Source: Anthoceros angustus
Taxonomy: Eukaryota > Plantae > Anthocerotophyta
Direction: 5' to 3'
Length of the DNA stretch: 64,000 nt
Assembly: GCA_010909165.1 (NCBI GenBank)
Contig: VJWM01000203.1
Coordinates: forward strand, 281,471 to 345,470
The notes below the pieces were generated by a model. It was given only the letters and a program-made list of their open reading frames with translations, had not been told where the DNA came from and searched no databases. Positions 24,311-36,945 of this stretch are shown here, in pieces. Made by a program: the position numbers and the translations under genes. Each line of letters starts with the position of its first letter. Within the stretch, counting starts at the first letter, position 1.

Positions 24311-25817
24311 ATTTAAATCAATACTTAGATGGAGTGCCTAGAAGGAGTGGATGCCTTTGGTGCAAGTAGCTTAAAATTTCGTCTAAGTGAACTTTAATAG
24401 ATTTCTTCTTCTTTTAGGGGTTTATACCAAGTACTTTTTGTGCCATTGGTATGCACTAGGTACTTTTTGTTAGGTGACTCAGTAGCAGAGCACGTTCAAG
24501 AGCACAATGGCGGAGCGCGATGGTGGAGCGCACGTGTGAAGGGGCAGAGGTGGCGGGGTGGTTGGTGAGGCTAACCGCGAGGTGTGCAGGAGCCTGTTTG
24601 AGCAGCCACAGCTGAGGAGCATGCGATGCTCACCCTCGGCGGCGTTTGGTGGAGCTGCCGCAGCCAGGCACTGCTGTAAGGGGCTGCCTTGCCTTGCCCT
24701 GCCCCGAAGGCCCTGTACTTGGTGGGGCACACGGCCCCTATGGCCTTGGCCCTAGGCGGGTGGGAAGCACAGGTCTGTCCCAAGCTCCGAGCTCATCGGG
24801 GCGCGAGAGTCTTGCCGAGTTCCGTGGGGCGCGGCTTCGGGGGTTGGCGAGCCTTCGACGTCCCGGAGACCATGGTGGGAAGCTCTCAAAGTTAAGAAAT
24901 ATAGCGAGATGCAAGCAAGCCACCACCCGGCAGCAGCTCTCAAAGTTAAGAAATATAGCGAGACGTAAGCAAGCCACCACCCGGCAGCACCTCTCAAAGT
25001 TAAGAATTATAGCGAGACGTAAGCAAGCCACCAATTCATTCCGCTCGCCCTTGAAACGTATGGAGCATTCGCTAAGAACTTCGATACATTTCTCAAGTCT
25101 TGCGCTAAGGCTTATCATGCGCGCAAGCATGGTGCGGAGCTGTCCCTTTCCTACTTCACGGCATTCTTCAGACAGCAGGTCTCAATTGTTCATACCAGAT
25201 ATTTTTTGCTTCTTGTGCCACTCGTGTACACACGTAGTTTATTTCTAGTATTACTTGTCTTTGACTTGGTTAGTGCTGCAATGTTGCGGCAGGTTCAAGT
25301 GCGTCACCTACGCCGAATCAAACCCCCTCTAATGCACACGCCACCGGAGTAACCAAGCCCTTCATGGAATCCACCTCCTCTACGCCCATGCTGCAAGACT
25401 TAGTATCCACTTGCCACCCTCGTGCGGTGGCACTCCTCGGCATCAACATTGGTAGTTCTATTTAACTTACTTACATTACATAGTATTTCTCATAACATTG
25501 CTCTTCTAAATATATACAAGCGTCACCCAGCTCTGTATCCTTACCTTCTTGAAAGCTAAAATATCAAGAAGTGAAGTTTTCAGTCGAATATTGAATATTT
25601 TATACTTGCTTATTTTAGAGAGCCTAAAGGGTGTGACAGCACCGGAGATATACAAGACCCCAAGAGGCCTTCACAACACGGCCCATTACGGGTCATACAA
25701 CAAAGAATACAGTAGATCGCCAAGCACCTTTCGTGTAACATGGATTTTCACATTAGTAATATCCTGCCATCGATGATCCGTTGATAGACTCGTCTTTCCG
25801 ACAGCGGTCCCTGAACG

Positions 25818-27203
25818 ATGGCCACAGTATGGCAGCCGGACCCGCTGTCCAGCCAACAAATTGGTGTGTGTCCAGGGATTCTACTACGAGCTCCTGCTCA
25901 TCTCAATTTGGGGACTGAACACCTGGCAAGCAAAGCCTGCAGGTGCAGCAATGTAAGTAGCCCAGTACTTCCACTTTCGAGGAATTGTGTGCGTGGGGAC
26001 GGGTTTTCCAGCGATGGTCGTTGCCAGGAGCAGGAGGATTTGTGGCAACAATTTTTTCTGGATCCCACCATGTGGTGGGACAACAGACGAGATAAGAAGA
26101 GCTCCCGTTCGCCTGACTTCCGGCGGAAGGTGTCCCGTGAGGTCCTGTGGTTAAACAAGTTCAAGCCAGCTTGGGTTGACGAGCAGCTCGTTTCCTTGGA
26201 TATGCAGATAGGTCACGATGCCTCTCCTTGCAATTCGAGCTCTGTGGATAATCCACATGACGGATGCATACTTGGGGAACCATATCTTGCGCATGTATGC
26301 AGGTGGAGGTAGTCTTCAGGAGGCCAGACGAGAGAAGAAGGGCTCCCGTTCGCCTGACTTCTGGCGGAAGGGGTCCGGCGAGGTCCTGTGGTTAAACGAC
26401 ATGTTTAAGCCAGCTTGGGTTGATGAGCAGCTGGTTTCCTTGGATATGCAGATGGGTCATGGTGCCTCGCCTTCCAAGTCGAGCTCTTGGGATAAGCCTG
26501 AACCTGGCAGGCGTGCAGGATCGGGGACGGCGTCATAACGGCTGGAACCGTGAGCATGTTATGTCAGCAGGGAAGCTTTCTGAGGCCGTTGGAGCTCTGG
26601 AGTCTCTGGTGCAGACAGACTCTGCCATTTCTCAGTCTCTGTTTTACACTGTGCTGAAACTGTGTACAGCTAAGAAGGATTTGGTTGTGGGCGACGAGTT
26701 CATGATCTCACTGTCAAACTTGGGTATAATACGAATGCATACTTGGGGAACCATATTTACGCCTGTATGCATGCGGAGGTAGGCTAGAGGAGGCGATGGA
26801 TGTGTTCACCAGGGTGAGGAAACCAGATGTCTTCATGTGGTCTTCCATAATCTCCGCTTACGCTAAGCATGGGAAGCCTAATGAGGCCGTCCAGCTATAC
26901 CATGAGATGCGTAGGTCAGGAGTGAAGGCGGATGCTCACGTCTTTGTAGCTGCCCTTCAGGCTTGTGCATTGGTCTCCGACTTGGAATCTGGCAGAAAAG
27001 TGCACTGTGATGTGGTGCAGAGTGGCATTCCTACTAACTTGTTTGTTGGCAACTGCCTGGTGGACATGTATGCAAAATGTGGCGAACTGAAACCCGCACG
27101 CCAGGTTTTGACACCATGGCCGAAAAGGATGTGGTGACATGGAATGCCCTGTTAACTGGGTATGCAAAATGTGGTGAACTGAAACATGCACGTCAGGTTT
27201 TGA
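25818..27203 (+). pseudogene. 5' part of PLS-class PPR gene with two N-terminal OSB-type PDF motifs; truncated (copy 1)
   Basis: LWQQFFLDPTMWWDNRRDKKSSRSPDFRRKVSREVLWL..KPAWV, then KKGSRSPDFWRKGSGEVLWL..KPAWV, then [33 protein letters not shown]. Confidence 0.85.
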
Positions 27204-28061
27204 CAGCATTCCGGCCAGGGCGTCTGCCAGGCCTGCCTCCCCATCCTTCGAGATAAGGAACGTAAGGTCTGTGACGCCAGAGATGGAGGCATTCTCATCC
27301 TCATCCGCGCGGGTGAAAGCAAGTTTGAGCACAGTGCCCATGGGCCTGAGGCCGCCGGGAATGGGATCCTCTGTGCAACGCCATCATCCAACTCCAGTAC
27401 CTGGAGCGTGGCACAGAGCGGAAGAGCATTTGCAATACACTGGGCTCCCGCCACATCCATGCCGATGTCTTTCAGTGACAGATCCTTGAGACGGGGAGCC
27501 GTGGCCAGAATGCGGGCCAGGTGTTGTGCCCTTCAGCACCTCCCACCTTGTTCCATCGTAAGTTCAACTTCTCCAGGACAGAATCCTTGTTGACGCCTTT
27601 GGCCAAGGCACCCAGTCCGGCGGCATCAAGCCCAACCGACAGTGCTGAAAGCACTTCTAGGCTGCGACTGGATGCAACAAGCTGGCCCAGAGCCTCGCAA
27701 GCCGCCTGCCTTTCAAAACATCGACAGGAATCCACATCCAGATATTTCAGGGAAGGGTTGGACGCCAGGCCCCCAACAGAGCCGACACTTCATCCTCCTG
27801 ATCCAAGCCGATTTGCCACTTTCCCAAAATAGTTATGAAGGAGCCGAGACTGCGGCAGTTGGCAATGGCTGTCAACACCGCTTGCGCACTCGCCAGTGCC
27901 TTCCCTCATCACCACGGATTCGCCCACTGAAGTAGCCGCCATACTCTTCTTCAATATGCAGGCTGGGTATTTAGGACACGGCATTCCGGCCCAGATCTAC
28001 CAGCAGCTGCTGCAGCTTAACCGGCAGCGCGCCAATCCTCCGCCTCCTGCTCTTCCGCCAT
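27204..28061 (-). pseudogene. 5' ~860 bp of a TRN1-like LRR gene, ribonuclease-inhibitor-type LRRs (copy 1)
   Basis: Highly similar to 44,459-45,286; ATG GCG GAA GAG at 28,061; LEKLNLRWNKVG, LQVLELD. Confidence 0.85.
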
Positions 28062-29157
28062 GCTCTGCTCTGCTATGCGAAGTGCAGGACCGTGCGTTGT
28101 GCTCTGTTTCCGTCATGGGACTTGGTACTGAACAACTTGTACCATGGTAAAGTATGTACTTCATTAGGTTCAGGACACGGCATCACCTAGCACCTGATTT
28201 GCTGCCTTGAGTCGAGGTGACGACTGTCCTTTTCCTGACTTGGTCCATCCCTTTGCCTGCAGGGATTCCAGGAACTGAACAGAGACTGGATGGAGGAAGT
28301 CCGGTGCGAAGCCAGTCGAACCAGGCAACAAGAGATGCATGCATGGCCTTTTCATCCAGAAAGGGGTGTACAATGCGTCTACCTGGGCACCTCTTCAAAC
28401 AGTAGGCAACTACACACACTGAGCATTTGCAATGAAGAAAACATCTGCAAGATGAGGCTTGGTTATACTATCTTGAGAAAGAAGGTGCAGAATCGAACCT
28501 GTTTCTCAACAACGTTCACAGCAGAAGTTTCTGTTGAAATGCCTCTTAGCAACCTCGATACACCAGCAGGCAATGACTCTACCACCCCAAAATTGAACCA
28601 CTGTCACCTTGGTCAGCTGCAAGGCCCTCCACCGCATCTCCTAATGGAGGACTTTGATCCTCCAAGTTCAGTAGCCCAGGCAGCAAATTCTTGGTACTTA
28701 AAGCACCTGTAGTTGCATGCCCTGCATTCCGTGTACTATGCTCCAGGCTCTCCACCTCTGGGCGGATTGACTCCCAGCCTGCCTCTCTGCGGCTTACCCC
28801 TTCATTGCAAGAGTCAGTTAAAATCGCCTGCTTTGGTTGCTGCCCCGGAGCTACAGCATCTCCTCTATTATCTTGAAGTGTCCCTTTGACTCCAGAATGA
28901 TCACCAATACAGCGATCTTGGCAAGCTCCACCGTCACCAGATAGCAAGGGCCATCGCGGACGAAGCAGTTCCCCGATTTCAACCGGCGATGGGACATTCA
29001 CAAGTCTTCACAATCCTCTAAGCTGGTGCAGTTTGGGTTCCCGGTTGGTCTGGGCCCTGTTGTTTCAGAGTCTGGTATTCCTACAGTCCCTTGAGTAAAA
29101 GAGGGACTGACATCACCCTCACCTGGAGTTGATTGGCACTGGCCCTCGCTACCTGTT

Positions 29158-29780
29158 TCAAAGCCTTTGGTCAGTGGTCGGGCATGATTCTTCTTGTATC
29201 GATGATGGAGCAAGAGATTTTGACTTAAAGCTCTGCTGACAAATTTCACATGCAAATGCCTGCATGTGATCAAACTCTATGATATGTAACCGCAGCTTCC
29301 GCTCAGTTAGACACTCAGCCCCACAGACGGGGCAGCTGCAACATATCTTTGTCACGTCAACATCTCTGCTAACACCAGCAGCATAATGCTCCTGGACAAG
29401 CAACTTGTCGCCCGTCACTTTCACCAGATCTATTTGAGGCAGCCTTACCAGCCAAAAATCCATGCTGTGATGCACATTCTGTGTGCACCGACCTCAGACC
29501 CAACACCAGACGCAGAAGAGACATGCTTAAGGCACCCATCAGTCTCAATGGAAGGGTCTTCTTTCACTTTCCCCAAAGTGTCACGCTCCTTCTGGATCGC
29601 CAGTAAGCGTGCTTCATCCAGGGTCGGGAACCAAAACCCCAATGCCGGCAGTCGCATGTAGTCCAGCCTTGGCCAGGAAGAGCAATAGCTTTGCTCCATG
29701 GATTGCTAAGGGCCTGATCCACCTCCACTTCGCATCCTCCATTGATTTTTTTGTGGTGTGGAGTGAAGCCCAGCCTGTAC
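29158..29780 (-). pseudogene. Chimeric fragment: TRN1-like C-terminal piece followed by two C2H2 zinc fingers (copy 1)
   Basis: EDAKWRWIRPLAI..KLLLFLAKAGLH (as in the 41 kb gene), then CPVC...H....H and CEIC...H.....H. Confidence 0.65.
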
Positions 29781-32700
29781 ATATATAGAGTTTGGACTTC
29801 TCATTCCAACTGTCTTTCTCCAGGCAGTTCACCGATGCCTGCAGAATCGTGCATGGGTGAAGGAAGGGTTGAAGCAGTCTAATCGTATGGGTGCAGAAAG
29901 GGTAGAAGCAGTCTATTCGTGTGGGTGAAGCAAGTGAGCCTTCCAGGAAAGGACGAATTCGGGCTACATGTTGCCTGAATTCCGTACACATTTCCTCACC
30001 ACCACGACTGATGTCCAGTTTAGATCCTATGCCATGCGAAGACGAAGAGCATCCGTACAGAGAGCACAGTTCCTATTCGATCCCAGACACAGGCTGAAGC
30101 GTGCCAGTTCCCACTGCCTCCGGATCCAGGAAGCCCGACCCCTTGTCCACAAGCTCCCAAAGCTGATCCCCACATGGACAACTGCCATCAATTGTGTAGC
30201 CTAAATATTTCTTGTCGGTTCATGAATTTTCGTTACAGCCGAGGGGAGCGTTGAGCATCCACTCACTCTGAAGTGAGGTGGAGAACTTGTCAATGAAGGT
30301 AGTAAAGTGACAAACCTGCAAAACCTCGGAGTCCAATCAACCTTCCAGCGCTTGGCAGGAAGTACAGTGCAGTCCTTTGCAGTTATTCAATTCGCATTCA
30401 AACATCCTGCAACATTGCAACACCGACAATGTTGCAGCAACGAAATCCATTCATGAGAAAGAATGCAGTTATGCCCTTACCATGCAACCACCAGCACGTG
30501 CAAGCCTGCTGTACTTCAGTCACGAATTCTTGCCAAACGTCTCATATCCAGGCAAAGATAGCCGCATGTGCTAGAAATCCTGAAAAGAACGGGTAGTAGA
30601 ATGTCGGTTGCTGGATCAGCAACGTCCCAAATTTGCTGGATTATGCAGCCGTCGGAGAGATTGGCCATGGACATGGCTAGAGTCATCAAGTCAAGTCTTC
30701 TACCGCTCAACTACAGTCCTCAACCTGGTTTCAGCTTCGAGCTTTGTAGGCTGCCGCACTTAGCACAATGGATGTAAAGCTTCGAGAGTCTGAGTTAGGG
30801 ACCCCAGGAGCAAGCACCACTTTCGGATTTTGACTTGCCTGACCAGCAGAGTGGAGTTGGGTGTGAGGCGGCGGACTCAGATGACACCGAGCCTTCGTTG
30901 CACAAAAACTCTGCACCCGAAGGGCGTGTGAACTTCGAGACTCTGCACTCACAGCTCACAAGTCACTGAATGACGAAGAGGTATGATTCCCAGCTAGGGC
31001 AGAGCTGGGAGGATCTTCCAGTCTCATCAGCATGCATGAATGGCCAGTAACGACATCGTGCCCTGCTCCCTGCATTGTTACCTGCTTGCAAGCTGCAGGG
31101 AATGGTGGATTCTGCATGAGATGGTGAGGCATGCCAGTGTGGATTAGGGTGTTGCAGGTGGTTGCAGCCAGGTTGTCAAGGTTCCGATTCGGATTAGCAT
31201 ATGCTACCTTGGTGTGCACGTCTTGTGAGCAACTGCACCGCATCGGCTTGCTCCTCACCTGGCTGCAACAGGCGGGGTGAGGATGATGACGTCTACCACT
31301 GCGTAGATGCGAAGCGAAAGATGGTCCTTCAGTCCACAGCTTCTCCGAAGTGGAAACCAAGCTTCTTAGGGTAAGGTATGCACTTAAGTCATTAGGTTTA
31401 GGACACGGCATCACCTAGCACCTAATTTGCTGCCTTGAGTCGAGGAGACGACTCTCCTTTTCCTGACTTGGTCCATCCCTTTGCCTGCAGGGATTCCAGG
31501 AACAGAACAGAGAATGGATGGAAGTCCGGTGCGAAGCCAGTCTTATCCCGTTCGGGCGTGGACGTTTCCACGCGTTCGCCACAGAGACCACCTTTACATC
31601 GCTGAGCAGCACAGTGTAGCATGGCGGACGAGGCCAAGGACTGGCGCGCGCTGCCGGCTCGGCGGCGGCGGCTGCTGGACTGCCTGGCCCGGAATGATTT
31701 GGGCCGTCTACCCCGTCTTGAAGAGGATGAACGGTTTTGTGCGTGTTGCTGTCTTCCTACACACAAGGCTGCCACATTTTCACATTAGTAATATCCTGCC
31801 ATCTCATGACACGTACAGCTGCTGATCCTAATTCTGCAGTCAGAGGAAGCTCACGACATCACTAGAACATTCACAAACCAAAAATCTATCCTACCCAGCC
31901 AGAAGTGGATACATCAGGGATCAGTTTCAGGGCTGGACCCTGTAAACTGGAGTAGACAGGCCTTGGCGGGGCACACGGCCCCTATGGCCTTGGCCCTAGG
32001 CGGGTGGGAAGCAGTGCATCCCAAGCTCGAGGTCATCGGCGCGAGTCTTGCCGAGTTCGTGGCGCGGCTTGGGGGTTGGCGAGCCTTGACGTCCCGAGAC
32101 CATGGTGGGAAGCTCTCAAAGTTAAGAAATATAGCGAGATGCAAGCAAGCCACCACCCGTGACTCTCAAAGTTAAGAAATATAGCGAGACGAGCAAGCCA
32201 CCACCCGCTGACACCTCTCAAAGTTAAGAAATATAGCGAGATGCAAGCAAGCCACCAATTCATTCCGCTAGCCCTTGAACGTATGGAGCATTGCTAAGAA
32301 CTTGATACATTTCTCAAGTCTTGCTAAGGCTTATCATGCGCGCATGTACGGGCTGTCCTTTTCCACTTCACGGCATTCTTGATGCAGTCTCAATTGTTCA
32401 TACCGGATATTTTTGCTTCTTGTGCCACTGCACACGTAGTTTATTTCTAGTATTACTTGTCTTTGACTTGGTTAGTGCTGCAATGTGCGGGTTCAAGTCG
32501 CTCACCTAAGATCAAACCCCTCTAATGCACACGCCACCAGAGTAACCAAGCCCTTCATGGAATCCACCCTCCTGGGCCGCCAATGCCGCAAAGACTCAAG
32601 ATCCACATGCCACCATGTATGGGTGGCACCCCCGATCAACATTGGTAGTTCCATTTAACTTACTTACATTATATAGTATTTCTCATAACATTGCTCTTCT

Positions 32701-33005
32701 AAATATATACAAGCGTCACCCAGCTCTGTATCCTTACCTTCTTGAAAGCTAAAATATCAAGAAGTCAAGTTTTCAGTCGAATATTGAATATTTTATACTT
32801 GCTTATTTTAGAGAGCCTAAAGGTGTGACAGCACCGGAGATATACAAGACCCCAAGAGGCCTTCACAACACGGCCCATTACGGGTCATACAACAAAGAAT
32901 ACAGTAGATCGCCAAGCACCTTTCGTGTAACATTTTCACATTAGTAATATCCTGCCATCGATGATCCGTTGATAGACTCGTCTTTCCGACAGCGGTCCCT
33001 GAACG

Positions 33006-34380
33006 ATGGCCACAGTGGCAGCCGGACCCGCTGTCCAGCCAACAAATTGGTGTGTCCAGGGATTCTACTACGAGCTCCTGCTCATCTCAATTTGGGGACT
33101 GAACACCTGGCAAGCAAAGCCTGCAGGTGCAGCAATGTGTAGCCCAGCACTTCCACTTTCGAGGAAATGTGCGTGGGGACGGGTTTTCCAGCGATGGTCG
33201 TTGCCAGGAGCAGGAGGATTTGTGGCAACAATTTTTTCTGGATCCCACCATGTGGTGGGATAACAGACGAAGAAGAGCTCCCGTTCGCCTGACTTCCGGC
33301 GGAAGGTGTCCCGTGAGGTCCTGTGGTTAAACAAGTTCAAGCCAGCTTGGGTTGACGAGCAGCTCGTTTCCTTGGATATGCAGATAGGTCACGATGCCTC
33401 TCCTTGCAATTCGAGCTCTGTGGATAATCCACATGACGGATGCATACTTGGGGAACCATATCTTGCGCATGTATGCAGGTGGAGGTAGTCTTCAGGAGGC
33501 CAGACGAGAAGAAGGGCTCCCGTTCGCCTGACTTCTGGCGGAAGGGGTCCGGCGAGGTCCTGTGGTTAAACGACATGTTTAAGCCAGCTTGGGTTGATGA
33601 GCAGCTGGTTTCCTTGGATATGCAGATGGGTCATGGTGCCTCGCCTTCCAAGTCGAGCTCTTGGGATAAGCCTGAACCTGGCAGGCGTGCAGGATCGGGG
33701 ACGGGCGTCATAACGGCTGGAACCGTGAGCATGTTATGTCAGCAGGGAAGCTTTCTGAGGCCGTTGGAGCTCTGAGTCTCTGGTGCAGACAGACTCTGCC
33801 ATTTCTCAGTCTCTGTTTTACACTGTGCTGAAACTGTGTACAGCTAAGAAGGATTTGGTTGTGGGGCGACGAGTTCATGATCTCACTGTCAAACTTGGGT
33901 ATAATACGAATGCATACTTGGGGAACCATATTTTACGCCTGTATGCATGCGGAGGTAGGCTAGAGGAGGCGATGGATGTGTTCACCAGGGTGAGGAACCA
34001 GATGTCTTCATGTGGTCTTCCATAATCTCCGCTTACGCTAAGCATGGGAAGCCTAATGAGGCCGTACAGCTATACCATGAGATGCGTAGGTCAGGAGTGA
34101 AGGCGGATGCTCACGTCTTTGTAGCTGCCCTTCAGGCTTGTGCATTGGCCTCCGACTTGGAATCTGGCAGAAAAGTGCACTGTGATGTGGTGCAAAGTGG
34201 CATTCCTACTAACTTGTTTGTTGGCAACTGCCTGGTGGACATGTATGCAAAATGTGGCGAACTGAAACCCGCACGCCAGGTTTTTGACACCATGGTCGAA
34301 AAGGATGTGGTGACATGGAATGCCCTGTTAACTGGGTATGCAAAATGTGGTGAACTGAAACATGCACGTCAAGTTTTTGA
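33006..34380 (+). pseudogene. 5' part of PDF-motif PLS-PPR gene (copy 2)
   Basis: Same motifs as copy 1; ORF 34010-35116 runs from the PPR repeats into the antisense frame of the LRR fragment. Confidence 0.85.
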
Positions 34381-35244
34381 CAGCATTCCGGCCAGGGCGT
34401 CTGCCAGGCCTGCCTCCCCATCCTTCGAGATAAGGAACGTAAGGTCTGTGACGCCAGAGATGGAGGCATTCTCATCCTCATCCGCGCGGGTGAAAGCAAG
34501 TTTGAGCACAGTGCCCATGGGCCCGAGGCCGCCGGGAATGGGATCCCTCTGTGCAACGCCATCATCCAACTCCAGTACCTGGAGCGTGGCACAGAGCGGA
34601 AGAGCATTTGCAATACACTGGGCTCCCGCCACATCCATGCCGATGTCTTTCAGTGACAGATCCTTGAGACGGGGAGCCGTGGCCAGAATGCGGGCCAGGT
34701 GTTGTGCCCCTTCAGCACCTCCCACCTTGTTCCATCGTAAGTTCAACTTCTCCAGGACAGAATCCTTGTTGACGCCTTTGGCCAAGGCACCCAGTCCGGC
34801 GGCATCAAGCCCAACCGACAGTGCTGAAAGCACTTCTAGGCTGCGACTGGATGCAACAAGCTGGCCCAGAGCCTCGCAAGCCGCCTGCCTTTCAAAACAT
34901 CGACAGGAATCCACATCCAGATATTTCAGGGAAGGGTTGGACGCCAGGCCCCCCAACAGAGCCGACACTTCATCCTCCCGATCCAAGCCGATTTGCCACT
35001 TTCCCAAAATAGTTATGAAGGAGCCGAGACTGCGGCAGTTGGCAATGGCTGTCAACACCCGCTTGCGCACTCGCCAGTGCCTTCCCTCATCACCACGGAT
35101 TCGCCCACTGAAGTAGCCGCCATACTCTTCTTCAATATGCAGGCTGGGTATTTAGGACACGGCATTCCGGCCCAGATCTACCAGCAGCTGCTGCAGCTTA
35201 ACCGGCAGCGCGCGCCAATCCTCCGCCTCCTGCTCTTCCGCCAT
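34381..35244 (-). pseudogene. 5' part of TRN1-like LRR gene (copy 2)
   Basis: 233-aa LRR ORF 34369-35070 (NPSLKYLDV, LEKLNLRWNKVGGAEGAQHLARIL, LKDLSL). Confidence 0.88.
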
Positions 35245-36256
35245 GCTCTGCTCTGCTATGCGAAGTGCAGGACCGTGCGTTGTGCTCTGTTTCCGTCATG
35301 GGACTTGGTACTGAACAACTTGTACCATGGTAAAGTATGTACTTCATTAGGTTCAGGACACGGCATCACCTAGCACCTGATTTGCTGCCTTGAGTCGAGG
35401 TGACGACTGTCCTTTTCCTGACTTGGTCCATCCCTTTGCCTGCAGGGATTCCAGGAACTGAACAGAGACTGGATGGAAGTCCGGAAGCCAGTCGAACCAG
35501 GCAACAAGAGATGCATGCATGGCCTTTTCATCCAGAAAGGGGTGTACAATGCGTCTACCTGGGCACCTCTTCAAACAGTAGGCAACTACACACACTGAGC
35601 ATTTGCAATGAAGAAAACATCTGCAAGATGAGGCTTGGTTATACTATCTTGAGAAAGAAGGTGCAGAATCGAACCTGTTTCTCAACAACGTTCACAGCAG
35701 AAGTTTCTGTTGAAATGCCTCTTAGCAACCTCGATACACCAGCAGGCAATGACTCTACCACCCCAAAAATTGAACCACTGTCACCTTGGTCAGCTGCAAG
35801 GCCCTCCACCGCATCTCCTAATGGAGGACTTTGATCCTCCAAGTTCAGTAGCCCAGGCAGCAAATTCTTGGTACTTAAAGCACCTGTAGTTGCATGCCTG
35901 CATTCCGTGTACTATGCTCCAGGCTCTCCACCTCTGGGCGGATTGACTCCCAGCCTGCCTCTCTGCAGCTTACCCCTTCATTGCAAGAGTCAGTTAAAAT
36001 CGCCTGCTTTGGTTGCTGCCCCGGAGCTACAGCATCTCCTCTATTATCTTGAAGTGTCCCTTTGACTCCAGAATGATCACCAATACAGCGATCTTGGCAA
36101 GCTCCACCGTCACCAGATAGCAAGGGCCATTGCGGACGAAGCAGTTCCCCGATTTCAACCGGCGATGGGACATTCACAAGTCTTCACAATCCTCTAAGCT
36201 GGTGCAGTTTGGGTTCCCGGTTGGTCTGGGCCCTGTTGTTTCAGAGTCTGGTATTC

Positions 36257-36945
36257 CTACAGTCCCTTGAGTAAAGAGGGCAAACTGACATCACCCTCAC
36301 CTGGAGTTGATTGGCACTGGCCCTCGCTACCTGTTTCAAAGCCTTTGGTCAGTGGTCGGGCATGATTCTTCTTGTATCGATGATGGAGCAAGAGAGATTT
36401 TGACTTAAAGCTCTGCTGACAAATTTCACATGCAAATGCCTGCATGTGATCAAACTCTATGATATGTAACCGCAGCTTCCGCTCAGTTAGACACTCAGCC
36501 CCACAGACGGGGCAGCTGCAACATATCTTTGTCACGTCAACATCTCTGCTAACACCAGCAGCATAATGCTCCTGGACAAGCAACTTGTGTCGCCCGTCAC
36601 TTTCACCAGATCTATTTGAGGCAGCCTTACCAGCCAAAAATCCATGCTGTGATGCACATTCTGTGTGCACCGACCTCAGACCCAACACCAGACGCAGAAG
36701 AGACATGCTTAAGGCACCCATCAGTCTCAATGGAAGGGTCTTCTTTCACTTTCCCCAAAGTGTCACGCTCCTTCTGGATCGCCAGTAAGCGTGCTTCATC
36801 CAGGGTCGGGAACCAAACCCCAATGCCGGCAGTCGCATGTAGTCCAGCCTTGGCCAGGAAGAGCAATAGCTTTGCTCCATTGATTGCTAAGGGCCTGATC
36901 CACCTCCACTTCGCATCCTCCATTGATTTTTGTGGTGTGGAGTGA
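36257..36945 (-). pseudogene. TRN1-like C-terminal piece plus two C2H2 fingers (copy 2)
   Basis: CSCPVCGAECLTERKLRLHIIEFDHMQAFACEICQQSFKSKSLLLHHRYKKNH. Confidence 0.65.
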
